From Oculina patagonica (lineage: Eukaryota), in contig NC_135765.1 of NCBI RefSeq assembly GCF_052425735.1, forward strand, positions 868,001 to 932,000: a stretch of 64,000 nucleotides of DNA, written 5' to 3'. The notes below the pieces were generated by a model. The model ran no database searches, was not told where the DNA came from, and saw only the letters and a program-made list of their open reading frames with translations. This document shows positions 1 through 11,690 of this stretch, in pieces. Within the stretch, counting starts at the first letter, position 1. The number at the start of each line of letters is the position of its first letter. The translations under genes were made by a program, and so were the position numbers.

Positions 1-1
1 C

Positions 2-1108
2 GCTGAAGAAGAACAAACCATCACCATCGCCTGCAGTGTAACTGGTCAGCCGAAACCTAACATTACGTGGTCTAATTCGAACGGTAGCTTACCTGACGGA
101 ACAACTGAAAAGAATGGTATCTTGAAAATCTACAACGCGTCGAGAAAGGAGAGCGGAATATACCAATGTAAAGCAGAGAACATTCTGGGAAAAGCAGTAA
201 AAACGGCTCAGTTGATGATTTTCTCTCGCCTGCGATTTAGAATTCGTCCCCCAACACAGCTGGCTGCCATGATTGGATCTGCTGTTCACCTTCCTTGTGT
301 GGCCGAGAGTGACCTGGTTCCAACCGTCACCTGGATGAAGGATGGAAAGCCTTCACTTCCTGTAGACTTCAGTATTTTACAAAACAATACACTCGTTATC
401 TCCAGTGTCAAGAAATCGCACGAAGGAACTTACACCTGTAAAGCGATCAATGCTGTGTCTTCTATTGAAGCAAACATCGACGTCAAAGTAACTGCCTCCT
501 CCTGTTCTGTGATACGAAAATTTATCAGCAACTCTAGCGGAAATTACGTCATTGACCCAGACGGCGCTGGTGGCCTGGCGCCGTTTACAGTCTACTGTGA
601 CATGAGTGACAAGAGTGGTGTTGGCGTGACAGTTGTAAGTCACGACAGTGAACGCGCAACATTAGTCGATGGATATGATAAGCAAGGTTCTTACTCGCGC
701 AGCATTCACTACTCAGGAGCAAGTCTATCCCAGCTGGCCAATCTTACTGACGTCTCTGCGCACTGTGAGCAGTTCATCAGATATCAGTGTTATGACTCTA
801 TGCTACTGGACAATTATTGGGGCTGGTGGGTGTCACGTGATTCTAAGAAGATGTTGTACTGGGGCGGAGCGTCGCCTGGAAGTGATAAATGCGCATGCGG
901 AATGACCAACTCGTGCGCAAATCCCAGTGATAAGTGTAACTGTGACAAGAATGATGGTGTATGGCGCGAGGACAGCGGTCTTCTCACTGACAAGTCAACA
1001 CTTCCAGTCAAAGAGCTGAGGTTTGGAGATACAGGGGAACATTATGCTGACGAGAAAGGCTGGCACACTCTGGGGAAATTGAAGTGCTACGGAATAGCTC
1101 ACGAGTAA
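2..1108 (+). CDS. 5'-partial terminal exon: two Ig (I-set) domains followed by a Caspr/neurexin-IV-type fibrinogen-like domain; probably extracellular
   Basis: The frame is open from nt 2. Ig motifs: ITIACSVTGQPKPNITW...ESGIYQCKAEN and LPCVAES...VTW...HEGTYTCKAIN. These are followed by SCSVIR...GNYVIDPDGAGGLAPFTVYCDM...HCEQFIRYQC...WWVSRD...YWGGA...CACG...CNCDKND...DSGLLTDK..LPVKELRFGD, typical of Caspr/neurexin-IV fibrinogen-like modules. Stop TAA at 1106-1108. Confidence 0.85.
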   Translation, partial: AEEEQTITIACSVTGQPKPNITWSNSNGSLPDGTTEKNGILKIYNASRKESGIYQCKAENILGKAVKTAQLMIFSRLRFRIRPPTQLAAMIGSAVHLPCVAESDLVPTVTWMKDGKPSLPVDFSILQNNTLVISSVKKSHEGTYTCKAINAVSSIEANIDVKVTASSCSVIRKFISNSSGNYVIDPDGAGGLAPFTVYCDMSDKSGVGVTVVSHDSERATLVDGYDKQGSYSRSIHYSGASLSQLANLTDVSAHCEQFIRYQCYDSMLLDNYWGWWVSRDSKKMLYWGGASPGSDKCACGMTNSCANPSDKCNCDKNDGVWREDSGLLTDKSTLPVKELRFGDTGEHYADEKGWHTLGKLKCYGIAHE

Positions 1109-1945
1109 AAAAAAAAATCAACTTGTTTTAGAATTAGTCTCGACAGAGCTGAGTTCAAATAGGTTGCTGAAAAAACTGATTTTTGTAATGATTACCTGTA
1201 AGTGATTGATTCTTTGGTGACTGAAATATAACGTTTTAAATCTTAGTTATGACACCGACATAACGGCCTCAACGCTTTTACACAGGGTCAAGAGGAGTGA
1301 ATACTAGGGGTCATGAATGGTCCCTCAAAATTTTGCAGTGCTCGCCAAATTATGCTTCTGTTCGAAATACTCCCAAAATTTAAGTGGGTGTTCGTTTGCT
1401 CTAGGCTCGATTTCCAGCCGTTCTGGGAGTCCGGTGCGTCATCCTCCTCCCAACGAATGTGTGGGGCAAGGCTAACGTTTGTGCTTGCAAAGAAAAGCAC
1501 TATGTTCGCACGTTCGCAAAGATCTTTCGATACCCCTAATACTCTTACACAATCAACTTGATTTCTGACTTGTGTCTTTTGAATTCAGTTGCGATTTTTT
1601 TAATAAAGAGTGCTTACACATGTATTCATGTTTGCTTCCTTTAGATTTGTCTGTACTGGCAAGTCCTCCATGTTTATCTATTTCAAGGTTTTCCGCGCTT
1701 TGCATCAGCTGTTCATTTTCCCGCCACATGTTTTTCTTTTGGAGTGCTCATTGATCAGAGAGCTGTATCTGCTTGCGACATGTCATGTGTTTGTTCAGTG
1801 CATAGTCGTTTAACAGCAGCTAGCTTTGCGTCTTGATAGTGCAATTTCTTTTCGATTCTTAAAACGCATGCCGGAATCAGCGACAGGGTGACAGCAGAAA
1901 TAATCAAAATAACGAAATTTATTAACGAGCAACAAAGGCCCAGAT

Positions 1946-2252
1946 CTCGGGGGGAACTCGCATATGAAAGGGGCTGGGATGCTCGAAGTCTCGCTTTGGG
2001 GTGTATATTTCGGAATTTTGGTCTCGCTTAGGGTGTTTCGGGTAGAACGCCAATACTTTTAGTCTGAATGGTCTCGCTTAGGGCTGCACACGAAGAAATA
2101 TATAAATGTTAATTCTATTCTTAGTTTTTGGGTATCTTTTAGGGGACAGGAATAGCTTGAGCCACACCCACACCCAGATTGGTCTCTTTTAGGAGTCTTT
2201 TCAAAATTTCCGACGAGCATTCCCGCCCCCTTTATATAGGAATCCCCCCGGG
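1946..2252. mobile_element. Non-autonomous DNA transposon (MITE) with G/C-run ends
   Basis: Imperfect terminal inverted repeats (TIRs): GGGGGGAACTCGCATATGAAAGGGGCTGGGATGCTCG and CGAGCATTCCCGCCCCCTTTATATAGGAATCCCCCCGGG. Confidence 0.6.
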
Positions 2253-3344
2253 GAGGGGGGGGGGGCGGCAGATTGGATTTGGAAACCTGCATTGTGAAAA
2301 GCACACTAGACGATAACACTCTTGTCGTAATAACACAGATAGTCTTTTACTCTATTCACACCAACCAAACAAAGGTAAACCAGGTTAACAAAAATCAGGG
2401 AAAAAAATCGAAAGACAAAATATTGTTTATAGTTTTCAGTAAGCGCAAAAGTATGATTTCATAGTGCTAAATTTGGAGTCGACACACATCAGTAAGGAAC
2501 TGTTACGAAGAAAACAATTTTAATCCGTGTAAATCGTTTAAGCTTTAGCGTGAATGGGGTATTTGTCTAAGGAGACTTTCGCAGTAACAGGCTGTAGTTA
2601 CTGTAAGTCACTGATAGCTTACACTGGTCACGACATCGCTAACATCACGCAAGATGTCACGCAATTGAGATCAATATGCATGTAACTCCGCTTCCTATTC
2701 CACTGAAACATTTCTCATACTTCACATTAAAGGCTGTTTAATTATTTGTCAGTATACCGTACCTACACATTATACACTGTATATGACTTTCATATTTAGT
2801 AAAAAAACAAAGTGTAAAAGAAAAGTCACTTGACTAAATTAATAGTTTTTCCTCTTTTTCCAAGACTGTTTCTTATTAATTCCCGCTTCTTATATACAAA
2901 AATCACAGGTAAAATGCACTTCATAGCAAACTCTTACCTTATTCTAAGTGAAAAGAAATTCAAAGGTGCGGATATCGTTCTGCTCTGCACGCGAACAAAC
3001 GTTTTTAAAAGCTCATTTGGCAATACATTTACATTAGACTGCTCGTTTGACGGTTTATGCCCAGCGCATGTTATAAGATAGAAAGTAATTCACGTTTGCT
3101 TTGGTTTTGAGCTTACTACGCTTTATGATTGGTTTAAAAAAATCGCGCCACTTTTGCAGCCAATCAAACGTTAAACCAAAACCAGTCATGACTCGCTCAC
3201 ACACGTTTTTCCCGCGCTTCGTGCCAGCTACATGTAATTCATTCGAGTTTTGATAGGTTCACTGGATTGTCTGTGTTTTTTGTGATTGGATTTAAAACAC
3301 TCAATCGAAAACCGCTCTAAAAGTGTTGTAAATAAAACCCAACT

Positions 3345-4268
3345 TTACAAACAATAAAACCGTTTGACAGTCTCCTTTGCTGCTTGCCTCACTTCTTTGA
3401 TTTTCCAGCAATAAAGAATCGGATTCAGACTCGAATTTAAGAACACAAAAGATGAAGTATATCTTACACCAAGAACAGGAGATATTTTACTGGCAGAGAA
3501 ATCAGATACTAAAGGAATCAATAAACCGTGTGGAAGATAAAAAACAATTAATGTTATCTGGACCCACAGGGCAGTAGATACAGTCTTTTTGTATCGTGCT
3601 ATGTTCAGTGGAGTTCCACCAGTTCCGTTCGGTTGTCCTTGGTGAAGGATTTGAACTTGATGATGACGGAGAGAAAGAAAGATCTTTATGTAACAGGACG
3701 CTGAAGTCACTAGACAGAGAGCTACTACTGTAGACGTCACTCTTTCGAAAATCATTGGAATCCAAAAGCGTTGCATAAAAGAGGATGCTACACACGCGAA
3801 CCATAAGCAGCTTACAATCGCCCAAACTCGCCTCAGTGTTACGACTTGCCTGTATCGCAACCCCAGGGTCAGAGCAAGAAGTCTGTCCACACTTATTGCG
3901 GTCAATGTCATCAAGGAAACTCCAGTGAAAACTATACCTGTAATATTTTCCAACAGAGCAAAGTAGTAACAAAGATGTGGCACTTCGCCTACATCGAACA
4001 ACAACTCGGCGGCAAAGGCTGGCTGCGTAATTAGACCAACACAAAGATCAGTTATTGCAAGGCAACGAAACATGAGCTTCGATGGCGGATGAAGGGACGA
4101 CTCCTTGTGAAGGGCGATGAGAATTAAGACATTTCCCAGAAATGCAACAATGGACAGAGAAATGTTGAATGCTGAAAGGAAAATATAATGATGTATTCCA
4201 TGTGCATTCGTGCAAAATGATGTTCCAGTTGAGTTCACGTGTTTATCCGCTTCGATCAAGCTCTCCAT
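3345..4268 (-). CDS. Intronless class A (rhodopsin-like) GPCR, copy 1 (307 aa); melanocortin/adenosine-receptor-like anthozoan family
   Basis: Seven hydrophobic segments. Motifs: GNVLI (TM1), LAITD (TM2), SVDRLL (DRY-like), FYLP (TM6), NSSLNPILYCW (NPxxY). Confidence 0.93.
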   Translation of the reverse strand: MESLIEADKHVNSTGTSFCTNAHGIHHYIFLSAFNISLSIVAFLGNVLILIALHKESSLHPPSKLMFRCLAITDLCVGLITQPAFAAELLFDVGEVPHLCYYFALLENITGIVFTGVSLMTLTAISVDRLLALTLGLRYRQVVTLRRVWAIVSCLWFACVASSFMQRFWIPMIFERVTSTVVALCLVTSASCYIKIFLSLRHHQVQILHQGQPNGTGGTPLNIARYKKTVSTALWVQITLIVFYLPHGLLIPLVSDFSASKISPVLGVRYTSSFVFLNSSLNPILYCWKIKEVRQAAKETVKRFYCL

Positions 4269-5152
4269 TTTTTGTTCTGATCATTATAATTACAAGGAGT
4301 TACTTTCCAATGATAGCAAGAGTTAATTTTTCAAACCTTCGAGTGTTTTCTTAAAGTTCTTGGGAATCTTCGTGAAGCGAGTCATATCTGCTGCAGTTTT
4401 CTGTTTTTAGATTCTTTCCTAGTGAATGATTTCGTACTTTGTTTTCTGGCTACTGAAGCACCGTGCAACTAGTGCAAGCTTTTCATTCTAAACATCAATG
4501 TCACTGCATGCATACTCAGAATGCTTTGTCCGCATGACAGCAAGGTCCACTTAAATACGTGAGGCTAAAAAGCAGGAAACAATTTAGAGAAATTACCTAC
4601 TTTCATCTTGATGGTTTAATTAGTTTTAACCAACTCGGATATCGCTCATTGTTATGTTTTTTTTCCTGCTCTGTGTGTGTGATCCAGGTGAATTGAATCG
4701 TGCAATTTGATTGGCTGATTTGGCAGTCCATATTTTTACTTGTCAGGACCGCTTGGTTTTTATTGATTTAGGACTGCTTCCTCATGATAACCTTTTCTTG
4801 TTTCTATGTGATTGGGTATTTCATAGAAAGAATAAAAAATAACCTTTTCAAGATAATGAAAATCGATTCAGAAAGAAGTCTTCTGCGATCCAAAGACAAC
4901 AAGCCTTTGAATTTCTAAGTTTCATTCGTGATAAAATAAGCAAAAACTAATTATCTTCTTTATTTTATTAATTTCTGTAGGTAAGCATGTGCTACAAGCA
5001 CTTCCACACTGACTATTCCACTCCGAAACTCGCCTCGGAGTGGTTTTATAAACTACTGAAAACCGTGTACACGTCAAAATAAGAGAGAAGGAAAGTTTTT
5101 TTATTTATCACCATTTTCTTTTTAACTACATTAACAAAATGTACAAAGGGCC

Positions 5153-5665
5153 TTAAGGAGGCTCGATGTAGTTTTTTTAGCCCTAGGGTGGTCGTTTTGA
5201 AATTGAAAATTATGTAGGAAGCCAATGTTCAATTTTTGCAAAAATACACCATAATGATTAAATATGACCAAAGTTTTATTTTTTACAGGTTATTAAGTCA
5301 CAAAGGTTACCATAGCAGCGATTGACGTTTTCTTTTGTTTTCAAACTAGCTTGATTTTCTCGAAATGTAGATTGACACTTGGTATTAAATTTTTGATATG
5401 TTAAAGTTTAGTAGATTGGCTAACTGTTGACGAAAGTTTAGAAAAATCTATAACAGCGTTTAAGAGAAAATCAAGAATAAAGTTTTTTGTAACTTCTCGT
5501 AGTTTCCTACAATTGGCAGTCGATATATTTTAAAAAAGCAAAGCAAAAACTCTCTCGCTTTTAGTTAATGGTCTTTGATGGGGTAAGTATTTTTATTTCA
5601 TTTTGAATGATTGCGTTTAAATACTACGAAACAATTTAAAAGCGCCTATTTCACATTAACACGGG
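5153..5665. mobile_element. Probable DNA-transposon fragment (starts TTAAGG, Kolobok-like) interrupting the GPCR tandem array
   Basis: The sequence is absent from the paralogous GPCR repeat units, and similarity to them stops abruptly at TTAAGGAGGCTCG. The right end is not resolved. Confidence 0.4.
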
Positions 5666-5669
5666 ATTT

Positions 5670-6700
5670 ACGAATTACTTTCTAGCGATAGCAAGAGTTA
5701 AGTTTTCCTTCAACAAATTCAACAAAGTCCTTTTTCCTTGTCTAAAACTGAGTCCTTAGGAACCTGTTTAGGAGGGCACTTCGGGCATCTGCTATTGTTT
5801 CGTGGAGTAAGTAATATCTGCTGCAGTTTACTGTCTTTAGAGTCTTTCCCGGCGGATGAGCATTCCATAAGTATTCACTTTGTGCGAACAAATCACCATC
5901 CATACGAGAGCTATAAATCAAATAATAATTTCGTCGAACGTTTACAGTAGGCGAGCATTTGGTTTTCTGGCAACTGCAGCACTGGGCAACTCGTGTAAGC
6001 TTTTAATTCTGAACATCAATGTCACTGCATGCCTTCTCTGAATGCTTTGTCCGCATGACAGCAAGGTCCACTTGCTTGTCTGAAGCTAAAAAGCAGGAAA
6101 CAATTTAGAGAAATTACCTACTTTCATCGTGATGGTTTCATTAATTTAAACCAACTCGGATATCGCTCATTATTATGTTTTTCTTTCTGCTCTGTGTGTG
6201 TGTGATCCAGGTGAATTAAATCGTAGAATTTGATTGGCTTTTTGGCAGTCCATATTTTTTTTTATCTGTACCGCTCGGTTTTCATTAATTTTAGGACTGC
6301 TTGCGTATGATAACCTTTTTTGTTTCTATATGCTTGGGTATTTCATAGAAAGAGGGGATATTAACCTTTTCAAGATAATGAGAACTGATACTGAAAGAAG
6401 TTTCTGCGATCCAAAGAAAACAAGCTTTTGAATTTCTAAGTTTCATTCGTGACAAATAAGCAAAAACTAATTATCTTTATTTTATTAATTTCTGTAGGTA
6501 AGCATATGCTACAAGCACTTCCACAATAACAACCTCACTCCCAAATTCACCTCGGAGTGGTTTTATAAACTACTGAAAAACGTGGACACGCCAAAATATG
6601 AGAGAAAGAAAGTTACTTTTATTTCTCATCATTGCCTTCTTACTACATTTACAAAGAGACTTCAAAGACTGCTTAAAAGTCACGTCAAGGCAACTGAGAC
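5670..6700 (-). pseudogene. Orphan GPCR upstream block (fourth repeat unit lacking its CDS)
   Basis: Collinear similarity to 4290-5150, 8480-9350 and 10680-11200. Shared strings include CATCAATGTCACTGCATGC, GTGATCCAGGT and TAGGACTGCTT. The block begins at sequence found about 30 nt upstream of the ATG in the other copies, but no CDS is adjacent. Confidence 0.65.
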
Positions 6701-6701
6701 A

Positions 6702-7127
6702 CCCGGAGGGGGGAGGGGGGCTACTCAAAAAAGTTTTGTACGGGGAGGCTCCGCCCCGAGGTCCAGCCCCTTACCCTTTTATATACCATTTTGACAGAAA
6801 AAGCACCCCTTTCGTATACTTTTTACTGAAAAAAGGTACCCCTTTCATATACCGAAAAGACATGACAAATGCCTAAAACAGGAAGTCTTGATGTCATTTT
6901 TATGTAGCGTTTGATAAATTTAAATGATTCAGTCATAACGTGCGTCTGTTCGAAATATTTCAATTGAAGGCCCTTTTAAATACCTAAATGACTGATATCC
7001 CTACCCTTTCATATACCAAAACTTGTGAAATTCCTACCTTTTTAAATATCTGAAGCATGAAAAAGGCACCCCTTTCGGGCGGAGCCTCCCCGTATAGGCC
7101 ATTATAGGGAGTACCCCCCACCCCGGG
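6702..7127. mobile_element. 426-bp MITE with CCCGG...CCGGG ends and 8-bp TSD CTGAGACA
   Basis: Ends are CCCGGAGGGGGAGGGGGGCTACTC and GAGTACCCCCCACCCCGGG. CTGAGACA lies at 6694-6701 and 7128-7135. The paralogous empty site has one copy, at 9341-9348. Confidence 0.85.
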
Positions 7128-7529
7128 CTGAGACATTCTCTCAACTGATCCTTGCCTGTTACGAATAGTAATATTTTCATATGCTAGCTGGAGTTTAAAA
7201 GAGTCTTTGTCACAAATGCGGCGGAAAAATAACCAAGTTTATGGGGAAAATTAGAGGAATACCATGGATATTAATTTAAAAAAAGCAATATCTCAAGTAA
7301 TAAAAGCAATTCGATTAGAACAAACATCCTCTCATCCTAAAGGATTCTTTTCATTGCATTTCACTCATTAATTGTTTGGTTATGTTTGGTTTTTCCATTG
7401 CACTATACATTTTTTAAGCTTGTACTGAAAGATTATATTAAAAACTAAATAATCGTACCTCCTCCTAAGAGCATGTTTTACCCAAAGACCAAATAAGAAA
7501 AGATAAGTAAAAGCCTAATACAAAAAAAC

Positions 7530-8459
7530 CTAACTTGACAAACAACAAAACTGTCTGATGGTCTCCTTTGCTGCTTGCCTCACTTCTTTGATTTTCCAGC
7601 AATAAAGAATCGGATTCAGACTCGAATTTATGAACAGGAAAGATAAAGTATATCTTCCACCCAGAATACGAGATATCTTACTTGCAGAGAGAGCAGATGC
7701 AAAGGGAATCAATAAACCTTGTGGGAGATAACAAATAATTAATGTTATCTGGACCCACAGGGCAGTGGATACTGTCTTTTTGTATCGTGCCATGTTCAGT
7801 GGAATTCCACCAGTTGCGTTCGGTTGTCCTTGGTGAAGGATTTGAACTTGATGATGACGGAGAGAAAGGAAGATCTTTATGTAACAGGACGCTGAAGTAA
7901 TTAGACACAAAATTATTACTGTAGACATCACTCCTGACAGAATCGCGGGAATCCAAAAGCGTTGCATTAGCGAGAAAGCTACACACACGAACCAAAAACA
8001 GCTTACAATCGCCCAAACTCGCCTCAATGTTACGACTTGCCTGCATCGCAGCCCCAGCGAGAGAGCATGAAGTCTGTCCACACTTATTGCGGTTACTGTC
8101 ATCAAGGAAACTCCAGTGAAAACTATACTTATAATTTTTTCCAACAAAGCAAGGTAGTAACAGAGATGCGGCAGGTCGCTTACATCGAACAACAACTCGG
8201 CGGCAAATGCTGGCTGTGAAATTAGTCCAACGCAAAGATCAGTTATTGCAAGGCAACGAAACATGAGCTTTGATGGCGGATGAAGGGACGACTCCTTGTG
8301 AAGGGCGATGAGGATTAAGACATTTCCCAGAAATGCAGCGATGGATAAAGAAATGTTGAATGCTGAAAGGAAAATATAATGATGTATTTCATGTACATTC
8401 GTGCAAAATGATGTTTGATATGAGCTCACATGTTTATCCGCTTCGATTAAGCTCTCCAT
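7530..8459 (-). CDS. Intronless class A GPCR, copy 2 (309 aa)
   Basis: Close paralogue of copy 1. Motifs GNVLI, LAITD, SVDRLH, CYLP, NPILY. Confidence 0.93.
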   Translation of the reverse strand: MESLIEADKHVSSYQTSFCTNVHEIHHYIFLSAFNISLSIAAFLGNVLILIALHKESSLHPPSKLMFRCLAITDLCVGLISQPAFAAELLFDVSDLPHLCYYLALLEKIISIVFTGVSLMTVTAISVDRLHALSLGLRCRQVVTLRRVWAIVSCFWFVCVAFSLMQRFWIPAILSGVMSTVIILCLITSASCYIKIFLSLRHHQVQILHQGQPNATGGIPLNMARYKKTVSTALWVQITLIICYLPQGLLIPFASALSASKISRILGGRYTLSFLFINSSLNPILYCWKIKEVRQAAKETIRQFCCLSS

Positions 8460-9739
8460 TTTTGATCTGATAATTATTATTACGAATAATTACTTCTAAT
8501 GGTAGATGAGTTAAATGTTCCTTCAAAAAATTTGAGAAAAACTTTGTTCGTTTTCTTAACGTCCTTGGAAACCTTTTTTAATAATTTCGTCGGACTTTTA
8601 CAGTGGGCGAGCACTTGGCAACTGCAGCACCGAGCAACTCGTGTGAGCTTTTAATTCTGATCATCAATGCCACTGCATGAATTCTCAGAATGCTTTGTTC
8701 GCATGACAGAATGTTGGTTGTCAATAGCCAAAAAGCAGGAGACATTGAGGGAAATTAAAATTAAATACTTTCATCTAGATGGTTTCATTAAATTTTCCCC
8801 ACTTAGATATCACTCATTGTTATGGGTTTTTCTCCTGCTTTGAGTGTGTGATCCAGGTTAATTGAATGGTGCAATTTAATTGGCTGTTTTAACAGTCCGT
8901 GTTTTTTCTTGTCTGGACTGCTCGGTTTTTATTGATTTAGGACTGCTTGTGTATGATAACCTTTTCTTGTTTCTATACGACTGGGTATTTCATAGAAAGA
9001 ATGAAAAATCACCCTTTCAAGATACTGAAAACTGATTCTGAGAGACGCTTTCTGCGATCCAAAGAAAACAAGCCTTTAAATATATAAGTTTAATCCGTAA
9101 CAAAAATAACCACAAACAAACTATCTTTCTTTTTAATTTCTGTAGGTAAGCACATGCACAAGCACTTCTATCATGACCACCTCTCTCCGAAATTCACCTT
9201 GGAATGGTTTTATAAACTACTAAAAAACGTGCACACGTCAAACTAAGGAGAAAGAAAGTCATTCTTATTTCTCATCATTTGCCTTCTAACTACATTTACA
9301 AAGAAACTTCAAAGACTGTTTAACTGTCACGTCAAGCCAACTGAGACATTCTCTCAACTGATCCTTGCTAGTTACGAATAGTAATATTTTCATATGCCAG
9401 CTAAAGTTTAAAAAAAGAGTCTTTGTCACAAAAGTGGCGGAAAAATTAACCAAGTTTATGGGGGAAATTAGAGGAATGCTATGGATATTAATTAACAAAA
9501 AGCAATATCTCAAGGAATAAAAGGAATTCGATTTGAACAAACAAATTCTTATCCTAAAGGATTCTTTTTGTTAAATTTCACTCATTAGTTGTTTGGTTCT
9601 GTTTGGTTTTTCCACTGCACTATACATTTTTTAGCTTCTACTGAAATTAGATTATATTAATAACTAGATGATCGTACCTCCTCCTAAGAGCAAGCTTTAT
9701 CCAAAGACCAAATGTGTAAAAGTAAATAAAAACCTAACT

Positions 9740-10648
9740 TTACAAAGAACAAAACTGTCTGAAGGTGTCCTTTGCTGCTTGCCTCACGTCTTTGATATTC
9801 CAGCAGTAAAGAATCGGATTCAGACTCGAATTTAAGAACACAAAAGATAAAGTATATCTTGCACCCAGAACAATAGATATTTCACTTGCAGAGAAAGCAG
9901 ATGCAAAGGAAATTAATAAACCTTGTGGGAGATAACAAATAATTAATGTTATCTGGACCCACAGTGCAGTGGATACTGTCTTTTTGTATCGTGCTATATT
10001 CAGTGCGTTCGGTTGTCCTTGGTGATGGATTTGAACTTGATGATGACGGAGAGAAAAGAAGATCTTTATGTAACAGAACGCTGAAGTTACTAGACACAAA
10101 ATTATTATTATTGATATTACTTGTGAGAAAATCATACGACTCCAAAAGCGTTGCATTAAAGAGATAGCTACAAACGCGAACCAAAAACAGCTTACAATCG
10201 CCCAAACTCGCCTCAGTGTTACGACTTGCCTGTATCGCAGCCCCAGCGAGAGAGCAAGAAGCCTGTCCACACTTATTGCGGTCACTGTCATCAAGGAGAC
10301 TCCACTGAAAACTACCATTGTAACATTTCCTACTAAACCAAAGTAGTAGCAGAGATGTGGCAGTTCGCTTTCCTCGAACAATAACTCGGCGGCAAAGGCT
10401 GGCTGCGAAATTAGTCCAACGCAGAGATCAGTTATTGCAAGGCAACGAAACATGAGCTTTGATGGCGGATGAATAGATGACTCCTTGTGAAGGGCGATGA
10501 GGATTAAGACATTTCCCAGAAAAGCAGCGATAGATAGGGAAATGTTGAATGCTGAAAGGAAAATATAATGATGTGTTCCATGTAATTTCGTGCAAAATGT
10601 TGTGTGAGTTGAGCTCACGTATTGATCTGCTTCGATTAAGCCCTCCAT
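9740..10648 (-). CDS. Intronless class A GPCR, copy 3 (302 aa)
   Basis: Close paralogue. It has a short in-frame deletion in ICL3 (QPNALNIARY versus QPNGTGGTPLNIARY). Confidence 0.93.
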   Translation of the reverse strand: MEGLIEADQYVSSTHTTFCTKLHGTHHYIFLSAFNISLSIAAFLGNVLILIALHKESSIHPPSKLMFRCLAITDLCVGLISQPAFAAELLFEESELPHLCYYFGLVGNVTMVVFSGVSLMTVTAISVDRLLALSLGLRYRQVVTLRRVWAIVSCFWFAFVAISLMQRFWSRMIFSQVISIIIILCLVTSAFCYIKIFFSLRHHQVQIHHQGQPNALNIARYKKTVSTALWVQITLIICYLPQGLLISFASAFSASEISIVLGARYTLSFVFLNSSLNPILYCWNIKDVRQAAKDTFRQFCSL

Positions 10649-11690
10649 TTTTGATCTGATAATTACTGTTACGAAGAATTACTATAAGTGGTAGATAGAG
10701 TAAAATGTTCCTTCAAAAAATTTGAGAAAAAACTTTTTTGGTTTCCTTAACGTCCTTTGGAACCTGTTATAATAATTTCGTCAAACGTTTACAAGTAGGC
10801 GAGCAGTTGGTTTTCTGGCAACTGCAGCGCGGAGCAACTCGTGTGAGCTTTTAATTCTGATCATCAATGCCACTGCATGCATACTCAGAATGCTTTGTTT
10901 GCATGACAGAAAGTTGGTTGTCTGTAACCAAAAAGCAGGAAACATTGAGGGAAATTAAATACTTTCATCTCGAAGGTTTCATTAATTTAACCCACTCTGA
11001 TATCGCTTATGTTTTTCTTTCTGCTATGTGTGTGTGATCCAGGTTAATTTAATGGTGCAATTTGATTGGCTGTGTTAGCAGTCCATATGCTTTTTTATCT
11101 GGACCGCTCGGTTTTTATGGATTTAGGACTGCTTGCACATGACGACGTTGGCTTGTTATTGGGTATTACATAGGAAGAATTGAAAATAACGCCTTTAAGA
11201 AATTAAAATTAATCATTTCCTGTCAATAAATAAACTGCTAGACGTTCCGCCAGCACTGCTTGATATTTTCGTTGTCTCAAATTATGGCAATAATTCGACA
11301 AATTGGATAATCTATTTGGCGACAGTTCGTATATATAAACAATGGAAACTAAAAATTCGGTAGCTTAGCATATTTACTCAAAATAGAAAAACTGTCACTG
11401 ACCAAATATGGTATTAAAACAAGACGGACAGTGTGCATGGTGCGAACGGGCAAATGGATGAAGCGTATCAGCCAATCAGAGCGCGCGCTTTGCTGAAGCC
11501 TGTTATAGACGGCCTAACACAACTTCCTTCCCACGCCCTCTCTCCTTTTCCTCCCTTGTCCTCGATGACAAGTTGAATTGAATTGAATTGAATTAACCAA
11601 TCACTGACTTTGTGATACAACATACAATTACCTCATTTGATAAATAATTGAAATACTGTAAAGTAAACGATTACCTCTGCACATGGCACA

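Noticed and set aside
1106-1120. A-run right after the stop codon as evidence of a retrogene
   Set aside because: Only about 11 A, no polyadenylation signal or 3' UTR before it, and no visible TSD. The 5' part of the gene is outside the window.
3502-10205. Overlapping alternative-frame ORFs (180, 185 and 107 aa) repeated in the three GPCRs
   Set aside because: Shadow frames of recently duplicated CDSs, with non-ATG starts and variable length.
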